DNA from: an uncultured Bacteroidales bacterium
GTDB taxonomy: Bacteria; Bacteroidota; Bacteroidia; Bacteroidales; UBA3824
DNA length: 40,623 nucleotides
Reading direction: 5' to 3'
NCBI GenBank assembly: GCA_905233995.1
Contig: CAJOGF010000053.1
Location: 1 to 40,623, forward strand
Positions 28,601-37,778 of the stretch are shown piece after piece. The notes below the pieces were generated by a model, which searched no databases, was not told the DNA's origin, and saw nothing but the letters and a program-made list of their open reading frames with translations. The stretch's first letter is position 1. Each line of letters begins with the position of its first letter. The position numbers and the translations under genes are program-made.

Positions 28601-29166
28601 TTAATTTTTTAGTTTCCAACTTCTGATTTTATTGGACATCTCGGCTGCTTTGTTGAGTTCTTGAAGATAAGTTTCAAGTTCTTTCATTGGTTTTGTAACT
28701 GCCACCTGACCTGTACATGCAAATTGCAAAATGCCGTATGGTTTTAGTTGGTCAAAAAGTTTCAAAACTTCTTTTCTTGAACCAGTTTTTTCAACAATTA
28801 TAAACTCTTTTTCAATATCAAGTATTCTGACGTTGAAATCTCTTATCAAGCCTTCCATTGGCGTTGAAATGTTTGCCGTTGAAATTTTGTAAAGAGCGAG
28901 TTCCTGACTTACAACATCTTGTTGTTCATAGTAAAATGCCCTTAAAACCTCCGTTAATTTTTCAATCTGGTCGGCGGCTTTTTTCATCATTTCGGGCGTT
29001 GTTTTGGTAACAATAGTATAGCGGAAAATGCCTTTTATTTCCGATTCTGATGTCGTAAGCGAGTCGATATTATAAAAACTATTGTTATACGGTTCAATAG
29101 TCCAACTTTGTCTTCTGTAAAAACCACAACCGTATATTGTTTTATATTTTCTTCTGTTGTTTTCAT
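28601..29166 (-). pseudogene. ilvN: Acetolactate synthase small subunit, frameshifted (remaining ORF 28601-28990)
   Basis: ATG 29166 gives MKTTEENIKQYTVVVFTEDKVGLLNRITIVF; NIDSLTTSESEIKGIFRYTIV then continues in another frame from about 29071. About 13 nt are missing relative to the paralogue (IFTRHKVNIESL). Confidence 0.85.
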
Positions 29167-29171
29167 TTTGT

Positions 29172-30896
29172 CTAATCGTTACTTACTAATTTCATTTCGT
29201 CAACTGTAGAGCCGGGGGCGATAAATGGCATTACTTTCATATCTTTGTCAACAATTATTTCGAGTAGATATGCGCCTTCGTAAGAGAGCATTTCTTGAAT
29301 TGAGGATTCCAAATCCTCTCTTAATTCAACTTTTTTTGCTTTTATTCCGTATGCTTTTGCAAGTAGAATAAAATCAGGATTTACAAGGTCGGTTTCAGAA
29401 TATCGTTTTCCGTTGAACATATTTTGCCATTGTCTTACCATGCCGAGAACTGAGTTGTTAAGTATGACGATTTTTACGGGAATTTTCTCTTGAATAATTG
29501 TTCCGAGTTCTTGTTCGTTCATTTGGAAACCGCCGTCGCCGGTAAACAATACAACGGGGAAATTTTTCATTTTGTTGGCCTTTGACATAAATTTCTGTGC
29601 TACTGCGGCTCCAACTGCTGCCGGCAGACCAAATCCCATTGTTCCGAGTCCTCCTGAAGTTAAGAAAGTATTCGGATGTTTAAATTTGTAATATCTTGCT
29701 GCAATCATTTGGTTTTGACCAACATCTGTTACAACAATTGCATCTCCTGAAGTTTTTTTCGATACAATGTCAACGGCTTCGCCCATTTGTATTAATGGCA
29801 ATGTAGAATGAGTATCTTTTTTGATTACTTGTTCTAATTCCATTTGATAGAATTTGTCAAATTCTTTTCGCCAACGATTGTAAGTTTTTTTCTCGATTCT
29901 TGGAGTTAAGTATGACAATGCTGATTTCAAATCTCCGTGAACAGATAAATCGGCGGACACGATTTTTCCGATTTCTGATTTGTCGATTTCGATATGTAGA
30001 ATTTTAGCTTTTGTGCCGTAGCCGGAGGTTTTGCCGGTTACTCTGTCCGAAAATCTCATACCGATAGCGATGATTAAATCGGCTTGATTTGTTAACATGT
30101 TTGAGGCGTAACTTCCGTGCATTCCGAGCATTCCTACATTCAGAGGGTGGTCGGATGGCAGTGCAGAAAGTCCCATCAACGTTGTGCCAAACGGTATTCC
30201 TGATTTTTCCACAAATTCTTGAACGGCTTTTTCGGCTCTTGCAATCAGCACGCCATGACCGATAAGAATGAGTGGTTTTTGTGCAGCATTAATCATTTCG
30301 GCAGCCTTGTCGATTGTCTCCTGCGGAATTTCTGGGTAGGGAACATAACTCCTTATGACAGGTGCTTTTTTGTATACGAAATTTGTCTGCGAGGTAAGTT
30401 CATTTTTGGTGATTTCCAAAACCACAACGCCCGGACGTCCTGAAACGGCAATGTAAAATGCTTTAGCCATTGTTTCAGCAATATCTTCGGCTTTAGTGAT
30501 TTGTGCGCTCCATTTTGCAATCGGCATCGAAAGTCCGAACACGTCGGTTTCTTGAAAAGCATCTGTTCCAAGAAATGCGCTTCCAACCTGACCTGTTATA
30601 ACAACAAGTGGCACTGAATCCATGTTAGCATTAGCAATTCCCGTGATAGCATTAGTTGCTCCCGGTCCCGAAGTTACAATGCAGACTCCGGGTTTGCCAG
30701 TAATTTGTGCGTATGCTTGAGCCTCATGAACTGCTGCTTGTTCATGACGAGATAGAATATGATGTATTTTGTCTCTTTTGCTGTAAAGACTGTCGTAAAG
30801 CGGTATTACCGCACCGCCCGGATAGCCGAAAACTGTATCTTGACCTTCTTCTATCAAAGATAGTAATACGGCATCCGCTCCTGAAATTTTTTCCAT
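29172..30896 (-). CDS. ilvB: Acetolactate synthase large subunit (copy 1)
   Basis: FGYPGG, RHEQ, TSGPGATN, DAFQE, GMLGMHG, TDVGQNQM, SGGLGTMGFGLP, GDGGFQMN; ATG 30896 preferred to TTG 30923. Confidence 0.96.
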   Translation of the reverse strand: MEKISGADAVLLSLIEEGQDTVFGYPGGAVIPLYDSLYSKRDKIHHILSRHEQAAVHEAQAYAQITGKPGVCIVTSGPGATNAITGIANANMDSVPLVVITGQVGSAFLGTDAFQETDVFGLSMPIAKWSAQITKAEDIAETMAKAFYIAVSGRPGVVVLEITKNELTSQTNFVYKKAPVIRSYVPYPEIPQETIDKAAEMINAAQKPLILIGHGVLIARAEKAVQEFVEKSGIPFGTTLMGLSALPSDHPLNVGMLGMHGSYASNMLTNQADLIIAIGMRFSDRVTGKTSGYGTKAKILHIEIDKSEIGKIVSADLSVHGDLKSALSYLTPRIEKKTYNRWRKEFDKFYQMELEQVIKKDTHSTLPLIQMGEAVDIVSKKTSGDAIVVTDVGQNQMIAARYYKFKHPNTFLTSGGLGTMGFGLPAAVGAAVAQKFMSKANKMKNFPVVLFTGDGGFQMNEQELGTIIQEKIPVKIVILNNSVLGMVRQWQNMFNGKRYSETDLVNPDFILLAKAYGIKAKKVELREDLESSIQEMLSYEGAYLLEIIVDKDMKVMPFIAPGSTVDEMKLVSND

Positions 30897-30954
30897 TTTT
30901 TTGCTACGTATATTTTGTTGCAAATTAAAAAAAAATTACAAACATCTGCAAATT

Positions 30955-31016
30955 TTTCAATAACAATTTATAATCTGCGGAATCTCGATTTTTTTTGTAG
31001 ATTCCGCAGATTATAA
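30955..31016. repeat. Palindromic direct repeat, left copy (62 bp)
   Basis: TTTCAATAACAAT + TTATAATCTGCGGAATCT-CGA-T8-GT-AGATTCCGCAGATTATAA; 18-bp perfect arms. Confidence 0.95.
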
Positions 31017-31065
31017 TTTGTTATTTCATAAATAATGAGTATTTTTGCCTGTAAATTATTCTATT

Positions 31066-32481
31066 ATGCTTATAGGAAGAGATAAAGAAAAAGTCATATT
31101 ACAAGAGGCTCTTGACAAAGAAGAATCTCAATTTATTGCGGTTTACGGACGTCGTAGAGTTGGTAAAACATTCTTAATTAGAGAAAGTTATGGTTATCAA
31201 TTTTATTTTCAGTTTACGGGAGCCGCACATACTTCATTGAAAAATCAATTAACAAGATTTGTTTTTGCTCTTCAAGAGCAAGGCTTAAAAGATGCTCCGA
31301 GGCAAATTAATTCTTGGTTAGAAGCCTTTAGTTTGTTAAAACAACTTATAAACCAGAAAGATGGAGGAAAAAAAGTTATTTTTTTAGACGAACTTCCATG
31401 GCTTGACTCTCCAAGGTCGGGATTTTTGTCAGAATTGGAAGTTTTTTGGAATGGTTGGGCTTCTGCACGAAAAGATATAGTGCTTGTAGTTTGTGGAAGT
31501 GCTACTTCTTGGATGGTTAATAAAATCATAAAAAACAAAGGTGGATTACATAATCGTCTTACTCAACGTATTGCTTTAAAACCGTTTACATTGAAAAATT
31601 GTAAACAATTGACCATAAGTAATGGTGTAGAATTTTCGCAACGGCAATTGCTTGAAGCCTATATGATTTTTGGTGGTGTACCATATTATTGGAGTCTGCT
31701 AAAAAAGGGAGCAAGCCTTGCTCAAGAGATTGATAGATTGATATTTTCTGAGGACGGCGATTTGTATGACGAATTTAGTATGCTATATGCTTCGCTTTTT
31801 AAAAAGCCAGAGCCGTATATAAAAGTTATTTCGCTTTTGTCGAACAAAAATTATGGCATGACTCGTCAGGAATTGATTTCGGCAGGAGGGTTCGACGAAA
31901 ACGGTGCGTTTTCCGACCTCTTGTCCGACCTTGAATGGTGTGGTTTTATTCGTTCTTATCAAAACACAGGTAAACGGGTGAAAGATGTTGTTTATCAGTT
32001 GATTGATAATTATACTGTATTCTATTATTCGTTTGTAAAAAATAGGCGACGCTCAAAAAACTATTGGCAATCCATGCAAGGTAAACCCGAATACAACGCA
32101 TGGTGCGGTCTTGCTTTTGAGCGGGTTTGCCTTTGGCATACCGAGCAAATAAAGGCAAAACTTGGTATCAGCGGCATTGTTACTACCGAATATGCTTGGC
32201 GTAATGTTGCAAACAATGAAATTTCTGGTGCGCAGATTGATTTGCTAATTGAGCGTGGTGACGGTATTATTGATATTTGTGAAATAAAATTTTCCGTTGA
32301 AGAATATTCAATCACAAAAGAATATATGGAAAAATTGTTGCATAAAAAATCTGTATACAAAAGTGTTACAAAAACTCGTAAAGCAGTTCATTTGGTTATG
32401 ATAACAACTTTTGGTTTAACAAAAAATGCTTATTTTGGAGAGATTCAAAACGAGGTTGTAGCAGATGATTTGTTTCAATAA
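31066..32481 (+). CDS. AAA ATPase (archaeal-ATPase type) with C-terminal PD-(D/E)XK/DUF234-like domain
   Basis: LIGRDKE, Walker A YGRRRVGKT, Walker B IFLDELPW, VCGSA, GGVPYY, GLAFE, GAQIDLLI...ICEIK; -7 element at 31040-31047; ATG 31066. Confidence 0.9.
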   Translation: MLIGRDKEKVILQEALDKEESQFIAVYGRRRVGKTFLIRESYGYQFYFQFTGAAHTSLKNQLTRFVFALQEQGLKDAPRQINSWLEAFSLLKQLINQKDGGKKVIFLDELPWLDSPRSGFLSELEVFWNGWASARKDIVLVVCGSATSWMVNKIIKNKGGLHNRLTQRIALKPFTLKNCKQLTISNGVEFSQRQLLEAYMIFGGVPYYWSLLKKGASLAQEIDRLIFSEDGDLYDEFSMLYASLFKKPEPYIKVISLLSNKNYGMTRQELISAGGFDENGAFSDLLSDLEWCGFIRSYQNTGKRVKDVVYQLIDNYTVFYYSFVKNRRRSKNYWQSMQGKPEYNAWCGLAFERVCLWHTEQIKAKLGISGIVTTEYAWRNVANNEISGAQIDLLIERGDGIIDICEIKFSVEEYSITKEYMEKLLHKKSVYKSVTKTRKAVHLVMITTFGLTKNAYFGEIQNEVVADDLFQ

Positions 32482-32535
32482 CAATTTATAATCTGCGGAA
32501 TCTCGATTTTTTTTTGTAGATTCCGCAGATTATAA
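32473..32535. repeat. Palindromic direct repeat, right copy (63 bp); probable terminator between convergent genes
   Basis: Identical to 30955-31016 except T9 instead of T8; includes the ATPase TTT CAA TAA end. Confidence 0.95.
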
Positions 32536-32546
32536 AATTAAAACCA

Positions 32547-33107
32547 CTATTTTTCTTCTTGTTTTTCCAAATCCGAAAGATAGTCTGTGAGTTTGCCCAT
32601 TGGTCTTGTTACGATTACTCGTCCTGACTGGATAAATTCTCTAACATCGTAACCTTTAAGTTGTTTTGAAAAATCCTCAATATCGTCTAACGTGCCAGTT
32701 TTTTCAATCACAAAAAATTCTGGCTCTAAAGCAATTATTCTTGCCGAATGGTTTTTTATTAAATCAACCAACGAATTTTTTGCAGTTATGCCTTTGGTTG
32801 AAATTTTAAACAAGGCTATTCCCATTGCGATAACTTGATTTTCGTCGTATAAAAACGCTTTTAAAACTTCAACTTGTTTTTCTATAAGTTTCCTTAAATG
32901 CTCTGCCTGATCTTTTGTGGTATTTATCGTTATGACAAACGAATGTATACCTTCTGTCATTGCAGTTGAAGTGTTAAGCGATTCTATATTTACTTTGTGT
33001 CGCGTAAAAATAATCGAAATTCTATTTAGAAGTCCGACATGGTTTTCTGTGTAAATCAGCAATGTGTATTTTTGACGAGTATTATCTTGATTGTTTTTGT
33101 TTTCCAT
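32547..33107 (-). CDS. ilvN: Acetolactate synthase small subunit (copy 2, intact)
   Basis: ACT domain ENHVGLLNRISIIFTRHKVNIESL, IEKQVEVLKA, EKTG, SGRV. Confidence 0.93.
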   Translation of the reverse strand: MENKNNQDNTRQKYTLLIYTENHVGLLNRISIIFTRHKVNIESLNTSTAMTEGIHSFVITINTTKDQAEHLRKLIEKQVEVLKAFLYDENQVIAMGIALFKISTKGITAKNSLVDLIKNHSARIIALEPEFFVIEKTGTLDDIEDFSKQLKGYDVREFIQSGRVIVTRPMGKLTDYLSDLEKQEEK

Positions 33108-33109
33108 TT

Positions 33110-34837
33110 TTATTCTTTTTCTTGAGCGGTTAATAACATTTGGTCAACTGCTTTTCCGGCTGGGATTACGGGGTAAATATTTTCTAATTTTTCAACTGTA
33201 ACCTCAATAAAGTAACTTCCGGGGTAATTTAGCATTTCGTCGATTGCAGAATCCAAATCTTCCAAAAGTGTAACTTTTCTTGTTTTGATTCCGTATGCTT
33301 GTACAATTTTTTCAAAATCAGGATTTTGCATTGCTTTGAAATAGTCATGCGATTGATAATACAAATCTTGAAGTTGCCGAATCATTCCCAAATAATTGTT
33401 GTTAAGAAGAATCATTTTTATTGGCAATTTGTATTGCATTATTGTTCCTAATTCTTGAATTGTCATCTGAAAACCACCATCGCCCATAAAACAAACCACA
33501 TTTCTTTTGCCCTTACCATACGAGGCACCTATTGCTGCAGGTAGTCCAAACCCCATTGTTCCGAGCCCTCCTGAAGTGATAAAAAAGTCGTTGTCCTTAA
33601 ACTCAAAATATCTTGCCGTTGCCATTTGATTTTGACCAACATCTGTTACCACAACTGTTGCATCTTTTATTTTGTTGCTAATTGCTCTAACGGCTTTTCC
33701 CATTTTTAAAATGCCATCGTCTAAGGTTTTGTTTGAGTATTTTCCTAAGTCTTTGTTGATGACTTTTTCTTGCTCTTTTTGCCTTAAACTTTCCATTTCT
33801 TCGAGCCATTCGTTGTGAAAATTTTTGCTAATTTTCATTAGAAGTTGTTTTAAAGCCGATTTTGCGTCTGCAATTATATGTACATCGGTTTTAACAACTT
33901 TGTCAATTTCCGACGGATCGATTTCTATGTGAATGATTTTGGCATTTTTAGCATATTGAGCCACATTTCCTGTTACTCTGTCAGCAAACCTCATTCCGAT
34001 TGCTAAAAGTACATCGCAACGATTTGTCATAATGTTAGCGGCATAGTTTCCGTGCAGACCAACCATTCCAGCGTAAAGCGGATTTGAAGTTTCAAAGGCC
34101 GATAGTCCAAGAAGTGTTGTCGCAACTGGAATTTGCGCTGTTTCTGACAGGTTTTTTATCAAATCTTTGCAACCCGAAATTAGTACGCCGTGTCCAACAA
34201 TCATTAAAGGCTTTTTGGCATTGTTCAAAAGTTGAGATGCTAAATCTATATCCTTTTCAATTGGTTTTAGTTTTGGGTGATAACTGCGGATTTTTTCGCA
34301 TTTCTGATATTCAAATTTTTCAATAATTTGAGTTTGAGCATCTTTTGTGATGTCAATCAGTACTGGGCCGGGTCTACCGCTACGGGCTATGTAAAAGGCT
34401 TTTGCAAGTGTTGACGGTATTTCTTCGGCTTTTGTTATTTGATAATTCCATTTTGTAACAGGCATCGAAAAGCCGACAACATCGGTCTCTTGAAACGCGT
34501 CATAGCCGAGTTGAGGTGTCAACACTTGACCTGTGATGCAAACTATCGGTGTGCTGTCGAGTTGAGCGTTTGCAATGCCGGTAAGCAGATTTGTCGCCCC
34601 CGGTCCTGAAGTTACCATACAAACGCCGACCCTCTTGTTGACGGCAGCGTAACCTTCAGCAGCATGAACTGCGCCTTGCTCATGCCTTACCAAAACGTGT
34701 TTGATTTCATTCTCGTGTTTATAAAACGAATCGTAAATTGGAAGATTACTTCCGCCGGGATAGCCGAAGACTGTGTCAACGCCTTCCGCAATAAGTGCTA
34801 ATGTAACCGCTTCAGCACCGTTAATATTTTCTACCAT
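33110..34837 (-). CDS. ilvB: Acetolactate synthase large subunit (copy 2)
   Basis: FGYPGG, RHEQGA, TSGPGATN, SGRPGPVLIDI, TDVGQNQM, GDGGFQM; -7 element at 34863-34870 (minus). Confidence 0.96.
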   Translation of the reverse strand: MVENINGAEAVTLALIAEGVDTVFGYPGGSNLPIYDSFYKHENEIKHVLVRHEQGAVHAAEGYAAVNKRVGVCMVTSGPGATNLLTGIANAQLDSTPIVCITGQVLTPQLGYDAFQETDVVGFSMPVTKWNYQITKAEEIPSTLAKAFYIARSGRPGPVLIDITKDAQTQIIEKFEYQKCEKIRSYHPKLKPIEKDIDLASQLLNNAKKPLMIVGHGVLISGCKDLIKNLSETAQIPVATTLLGLSAFETSNPLYAGMVGLHGNYAANIMTNRCDVLLAIGMRFADRVTGNVAQYAKNAKIIHIEIDPSEIDKVVKTDVHIIADAKSALKQLLMKISKNFHNEWLEEMESLRQKEQEKVINKDLGKYSNKTLDDGILKMGKAVRAISNKIKDATVVVTDVGQNQMATARYFEFKDNDFFITSGGLGTMGFGLPAAIGASYGKGKRNVVCFMGDGGFQMTIQELGTIMQYKLPIKMILLNNNYLGMIRQLQDLYYQSHDYFKAMQNPDFEKIVQAYGIKTRKVTLLEDLDSAIDEMLNYPGSYFIEVTVEKLENIYPVIPAGKAVDQMLLTAQEKE

Positions 34838-35115
34838 AAAGTTCTTAAAAAAAATGCGTTTGCAAAATTACTAAAAATTCAAGATTATATTATAAAAGTT
34901 ATTCATTTATTTTTTGTGGATTAAAAGATGTAAAATTACATTTTTTTGTATGAATTATTACATCAAAAATTTTTGTTGATTTCTAATCTTTATATCCAAA
35001 TTTGCAGCCGTAAAATTCAAAAAACTCCAAAGAAACAACTTTTGAGAAATTTATTTAGTATAGTTTTTTGTTAAAAAGGTTGATTTCAGAAAAATATACT
35101 AAAATTTAAAAAACC

Positions 35116-35147
35116 TTTGGCGAATTTTTCTTTAGTTTTTAATTTTG
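35116..35147 (+). promoter_or_regulatory. Consensus Bacteroidota promoter for the sulfur/encapsulin operon
   Basis: TTTG (35116-35119), 20 nt spacer, TAATTTTG (35140-35147), 23 nt before the cysK ATG. Confidence 0.75.
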
Positions 35148-35170
35148 CGACATAAAAAAATACCGAATAT

Positions 35171-36115
35171 ATGAGTAAAAAAAAAATAAACGAAAACGTT
35201 ACAGAACTAATTGGTTCAACACCTCTGCTGAAACTTAACAGAATAGGTTTTCAGGAAAAATTGCAGGCAAGTATTCTTGCAAAAATAGAGGCATTTAATC
35301 CGGGTCGCAGTGTTAAGGATAGAACGGCTCTTTCTCTTATTGAAGCGGCTGAAAGAAAAGGACTTATCAACAAAAATTCTGTTATTATAGAACCTACAAG
35401 TGGAAACACTGGAATTGGTCTTGCAATGGTTTGTGCTACAAAGGGTTACAAACTTATTCTAACAATGCCTGATTCTATGACAATAGAGCGTAGAAAAGTT
35501 TTGAAAGCCTTAGGTGCAGTTTTGGTTTTGACACCAGCCTACGAAGGTATGCCGGGTTCAATTAAAAAAGCCCATGAATTAGCAAAAGAATATGTCAATT
35601 CTTATATTCCTCAACAGTTTGAAAACGAGGCTAATCCTGAAATTCATCGCTTGACAACCGCAAAGGAAATAATCGAAGATACTGACGGAAAAGTTGATAT
35701 TTTTATTTCAGGCGTTGGCACGGGTGGTACAATCACGGGTACGGGCGAAGAATTGAAAAAATATAATCCAAATATCAAAGTTATAGCCGTTGAACCTTTC
35801 ACAAGTTCGGTGCTTTCTGGTCATAAGCCCGGTCCGCATAGACTTCAGGGCATTGGCGCGGGATTTATTCCGAATATTCTCAACACCAAAATTTATGATG
35901 AAATAATAAGAGTGAAAGATGAAGACGCTTTTTCTTGGTCAAGACAATTGGCTAAAAAAGAGGGAATTTTGGTAGGAATTTCTTCTGGGGCGGCTCTCTC
36001 GGCGGCAATTCAAGTGGCAAAACGTCCTGAAAACAAAGGTAAAAATATAGTTGTACTTTTGCCCGATACCGGCGAAAGGTATCTTTCAACAACACTTTTC
36101 AAGCAAGATGAATAA
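35171..36115 (+). CDS. cysK: Cysteine synthase A
   Basis: PLP lysine SVKDR, EPTSGNTGIGLA, QQFENEAN, GVGTGGT, QGIGAGF, GISSGAA, PDTGERYLST. Confidence 0.95.
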   Translation: MSKKKINENVTELIGSTPLLKLNRIGFQEKLQASILAKIEAFNPGRSVKDRTALSLIEAAERKGLINKNSVIIEPTSGNTGIGLAMVCATKGYKLILTMPDSMTIERRKVLKALGAVLVLTPAYEGMPGSIKKAHELAKEYVNSYIPQQFENEANPEIHRLTTAKEIIEDTDGKVDIFISGVGTGGTITGTGEELKKYNPNIKVIAVEPFTSSVLSGHKPGPHRLQGIGAGFIPNILNTKIYDEIIRVKDEDAFSWSRQLAKKEGILVGISSGAALSAAIQVAKRPENKGKNIVVLLPDTGERYLSTTLFKQDE

Positions 36116-36138
36116 TAATTAAAAATGTTAAAAAAAAT

Positions 36139-36351
36139 ATGGTAACAATAATCGTAAACGGTAAAGATCAAGAAGTTACACTTCCTTTAACATTGGAAGA
36201 ACTTATCAAAAATAATAATGTCGCTAATCCTGAAATGGTGAGCGTTCAAATAAATGACAAGTTTATTGAAAGAGAAAATTTTTCAACAACGCAAATTTCA
36301 GAAAACGATGTCATTGAGTTTCTTTACTTCATGGGTGGAGGCTGGTATTAA
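36139..36351 (+). CDS. thiS: ThiS/MoaD-family ubiquitin-like sulfur carrier with C-terminal extension (MGGG-WY)
   Basis: IIVNG start, VSVQIN, ENDVIEFLYFMGGG; two residues follow the diglycine. Confidence 0.88.
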   Translation: MVTIIVNGKDQEVTLPLTLEELIKNNNVANPEMVSVQINDKFIERENFSTTQISENDVIEFLYFMGGGWY

Positions 36352-36417
36352 TTGACAGTTGATAATTGACAATTCGTAATTCAAAATTCGTAATTCAAAA
36401 TTCGTAATTCAAAAATT
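36350..36417. repeat. Heptamer tandem array AATTnnn x9
   Basis: AATTGAC AGTTGAT AATTGAC (AATTCGT AATTCAA)x3 fills the thiS-moeB spacer. Confidence 0.92.
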
Positions 36418-37227
36418 ATGTTTGATTTTTCAGAAGAAGAACTCAATAGATATTCGCGCCACATACTTTTGAAAGATGTTGGCGTTGAAGGGCAAGAAAA
36501 AATTCGTAACGCCAAAGTGCTTGTTGTTGGTGCGGGTGGACTTGGTTCGCCAGTGATTTTATATTTAGCGGCTGCTGGAATTGGTACAATTGGTATTATT
36601 GACGGTGATGTGGTTGATTTAAGCAATCTTCAGCGTCAGATTATACATACAACAAAAGATGTCGGATATTCTAAGGCTTTGTCGGCACAAGAAAAAGTTA
36701 AAGCCTTAAATCCACACGTTAAAACTGTGGTTTACAGAGATTTCTTGCGTGCAGACAACGCTCTTGACATTATAAAAGAATACGATTTTATAATTGACGG
36801 AACTGATAATTTTCCTGTAAAATTCTTAATCAACGATGCTTGTGTAATGGCGGGCAAACCATTTAGTCATGGTGGAATTTTAAGATTTGACGGTCAGACG
36901 TTTACGCACGTTCCGGGGCATAGTTGTTATAGATGTATTTTCAACGCTCCGCCGCCTGCTAACCTTGTTCCGACCTGTTCTCAAGCGGGTGTGCTTGGAG
37001 CAATAGCAGGAATGTTAGGTACTATTCAAGCCGCTGAAACTTTGAAATATTTCACTGGTGCAGGCGAATTGTTGACAGACAAATTGCTTGTTTTTAATGC
37101 AAAGACAATGGATTTCAGAAAAATATCTGTTGCAAAAAGAGATAATTGTCCTATTTGCGGTCATAATCCAAGTATCACAGAACTTGTGGATTACGAGCAA
37201 GCCGCTTGCGAAATGAAAAAACATTAA
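36418..37227 (+). CDS. MoeB/ThiF/HesA-family E1-like adenylyltransferase (no rhodanese domain)
   Basis: RYSRH, GAGGLG, DLSNLQRQ, DGTDNF, Zn motifs CYRC and CPIC, crossover Cys PTCSQAG. Confidence 0.93.
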   Translation: MFDFSEEELNRYSRHILLKDVGVEGQEKIRNAKVLVVGAGGLGSPVILYLAAAGIGTIGIIDGDVVDLSNLQRQIIHTTKDVGYSKALSAQEKVKALNPHVKTVVYRDFLRADNALDIIKEYDFIIDGTDNFPVKFLINDACVMAGKPFSHGGILRFDGQTFTHVPGHSCYRCIFNAPPPANLVPTCSQAGVLGAIAGMLGTIQAAETLKYFTGAGELLTDKLLVFNAKTMDFRKISVAKRDNCPICGHNPSITELVDYEQAACEMKKH

Positions 37228-37243
37228 AAAAGCATAGAAAAAA

Positions 37244-37726
37244 ATGTCAGACGAAAAGAAAAAATTATCGCTTATTGCTTTTTCTGGCGATTTTGATAAG
37301 TTGACCGCAGTGTTTACTCTTGCTTCGGGAGCGGCAGCGGTTGGTTACGAGGTGAATATTTTTTTCACTTTTTGGGGGCTTGACGCTATCAAACAGAAAA
37401 AAGGCAGAAGTTTTGTCGGAGGAAACCTCTTGACTAAGATTTTTGGTTTTATGATGGGAGGTCTTCATGTTGCGCCGACTTCAAGGTTTAATTTCTGTGG
37501 TTTGGGACCGCGAATTTTCAGAAAGTTGATGAAAAAAAATAATGTCGCAACTTTGGAAGAACTTGTGGAGGCATCAACGGCTTTGGGCGTTAATTTATAC
37601 GCTTGCGAAATGGCTATGCACGTTTTGGGGCTCAAACAATCGGATTTTATTCACGAAGTAAAAGATACTCTTGGAGTGGCTACTTTTCTTGAAATTTCCG
37701 AAGGCGGCAGAACGATGTTTATATAA
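37244..37726 (+). CDS. DsrE/DsrF/DrsH-like (DsrE2-type) sulfur-transfer protein
   Basis: FSGDFDK, ASGAAA, IFFTFWGL, YACEMAM with conserved Cys, GVATFL. Confidence 0.9.
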   Translation: MSDEKKKLSLIAFSGDFDKLTAVFTLASGAAAVGYEVNIFFTFWGLDAIKQKKGRSFVGGNLLTKIFGFMMGGLHVAPTSRFNFCGLGPRIFRKLMKKNNVATLEELVEASTALGVNLYACEMAMHVLGLKQSDFIHEVKDTLGVATFLEISEGGRTMFI

Positions 37727-37759
37727 TTGAAAATTGACAATTGACAATTGAAAGTTGAA
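37725..37759. repeat. Heptamer tandem array AATTGAn x5
   Basis: AATTGAA AATTGAC AATTGAC AATTGAA AGTTGAA, starting within the upstream stop codon. Confidence 0.85.
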
Positions 37760-37778
37760 AAATTAAAAAATTAAATTT

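Noticed and set aside
30955-32535. Palindromic repeats as integron attC sites or IS terminal repeats
   Set aside because: No RYYYAAC/GTTRRRY cores or extrahelical bases, no integrase or transposase, and the copies are direct repeats
34838-34870. Attenuator leader upstream of ilvB copy 2 (and of ilvD)
   Set aside because: The -7 elements lie only about 25-30 nt from the start codons, leaving no room for a leader peptide and terminator
36381-36626. 81-aa minus-strand ORF ending FELRILNYEF
   Set aside because: Antisense to the E1 gene; the tail is only the translated heptamer array
36139-37227. thiS/E1 pair as a thiamine or molybdopterin operon
   Set aside because: No thiG/thiH/thiE or moaA/C/E in the cluster; the cysK, JAMM, TusA and DsrE context points to amino-acid sulfur transfer
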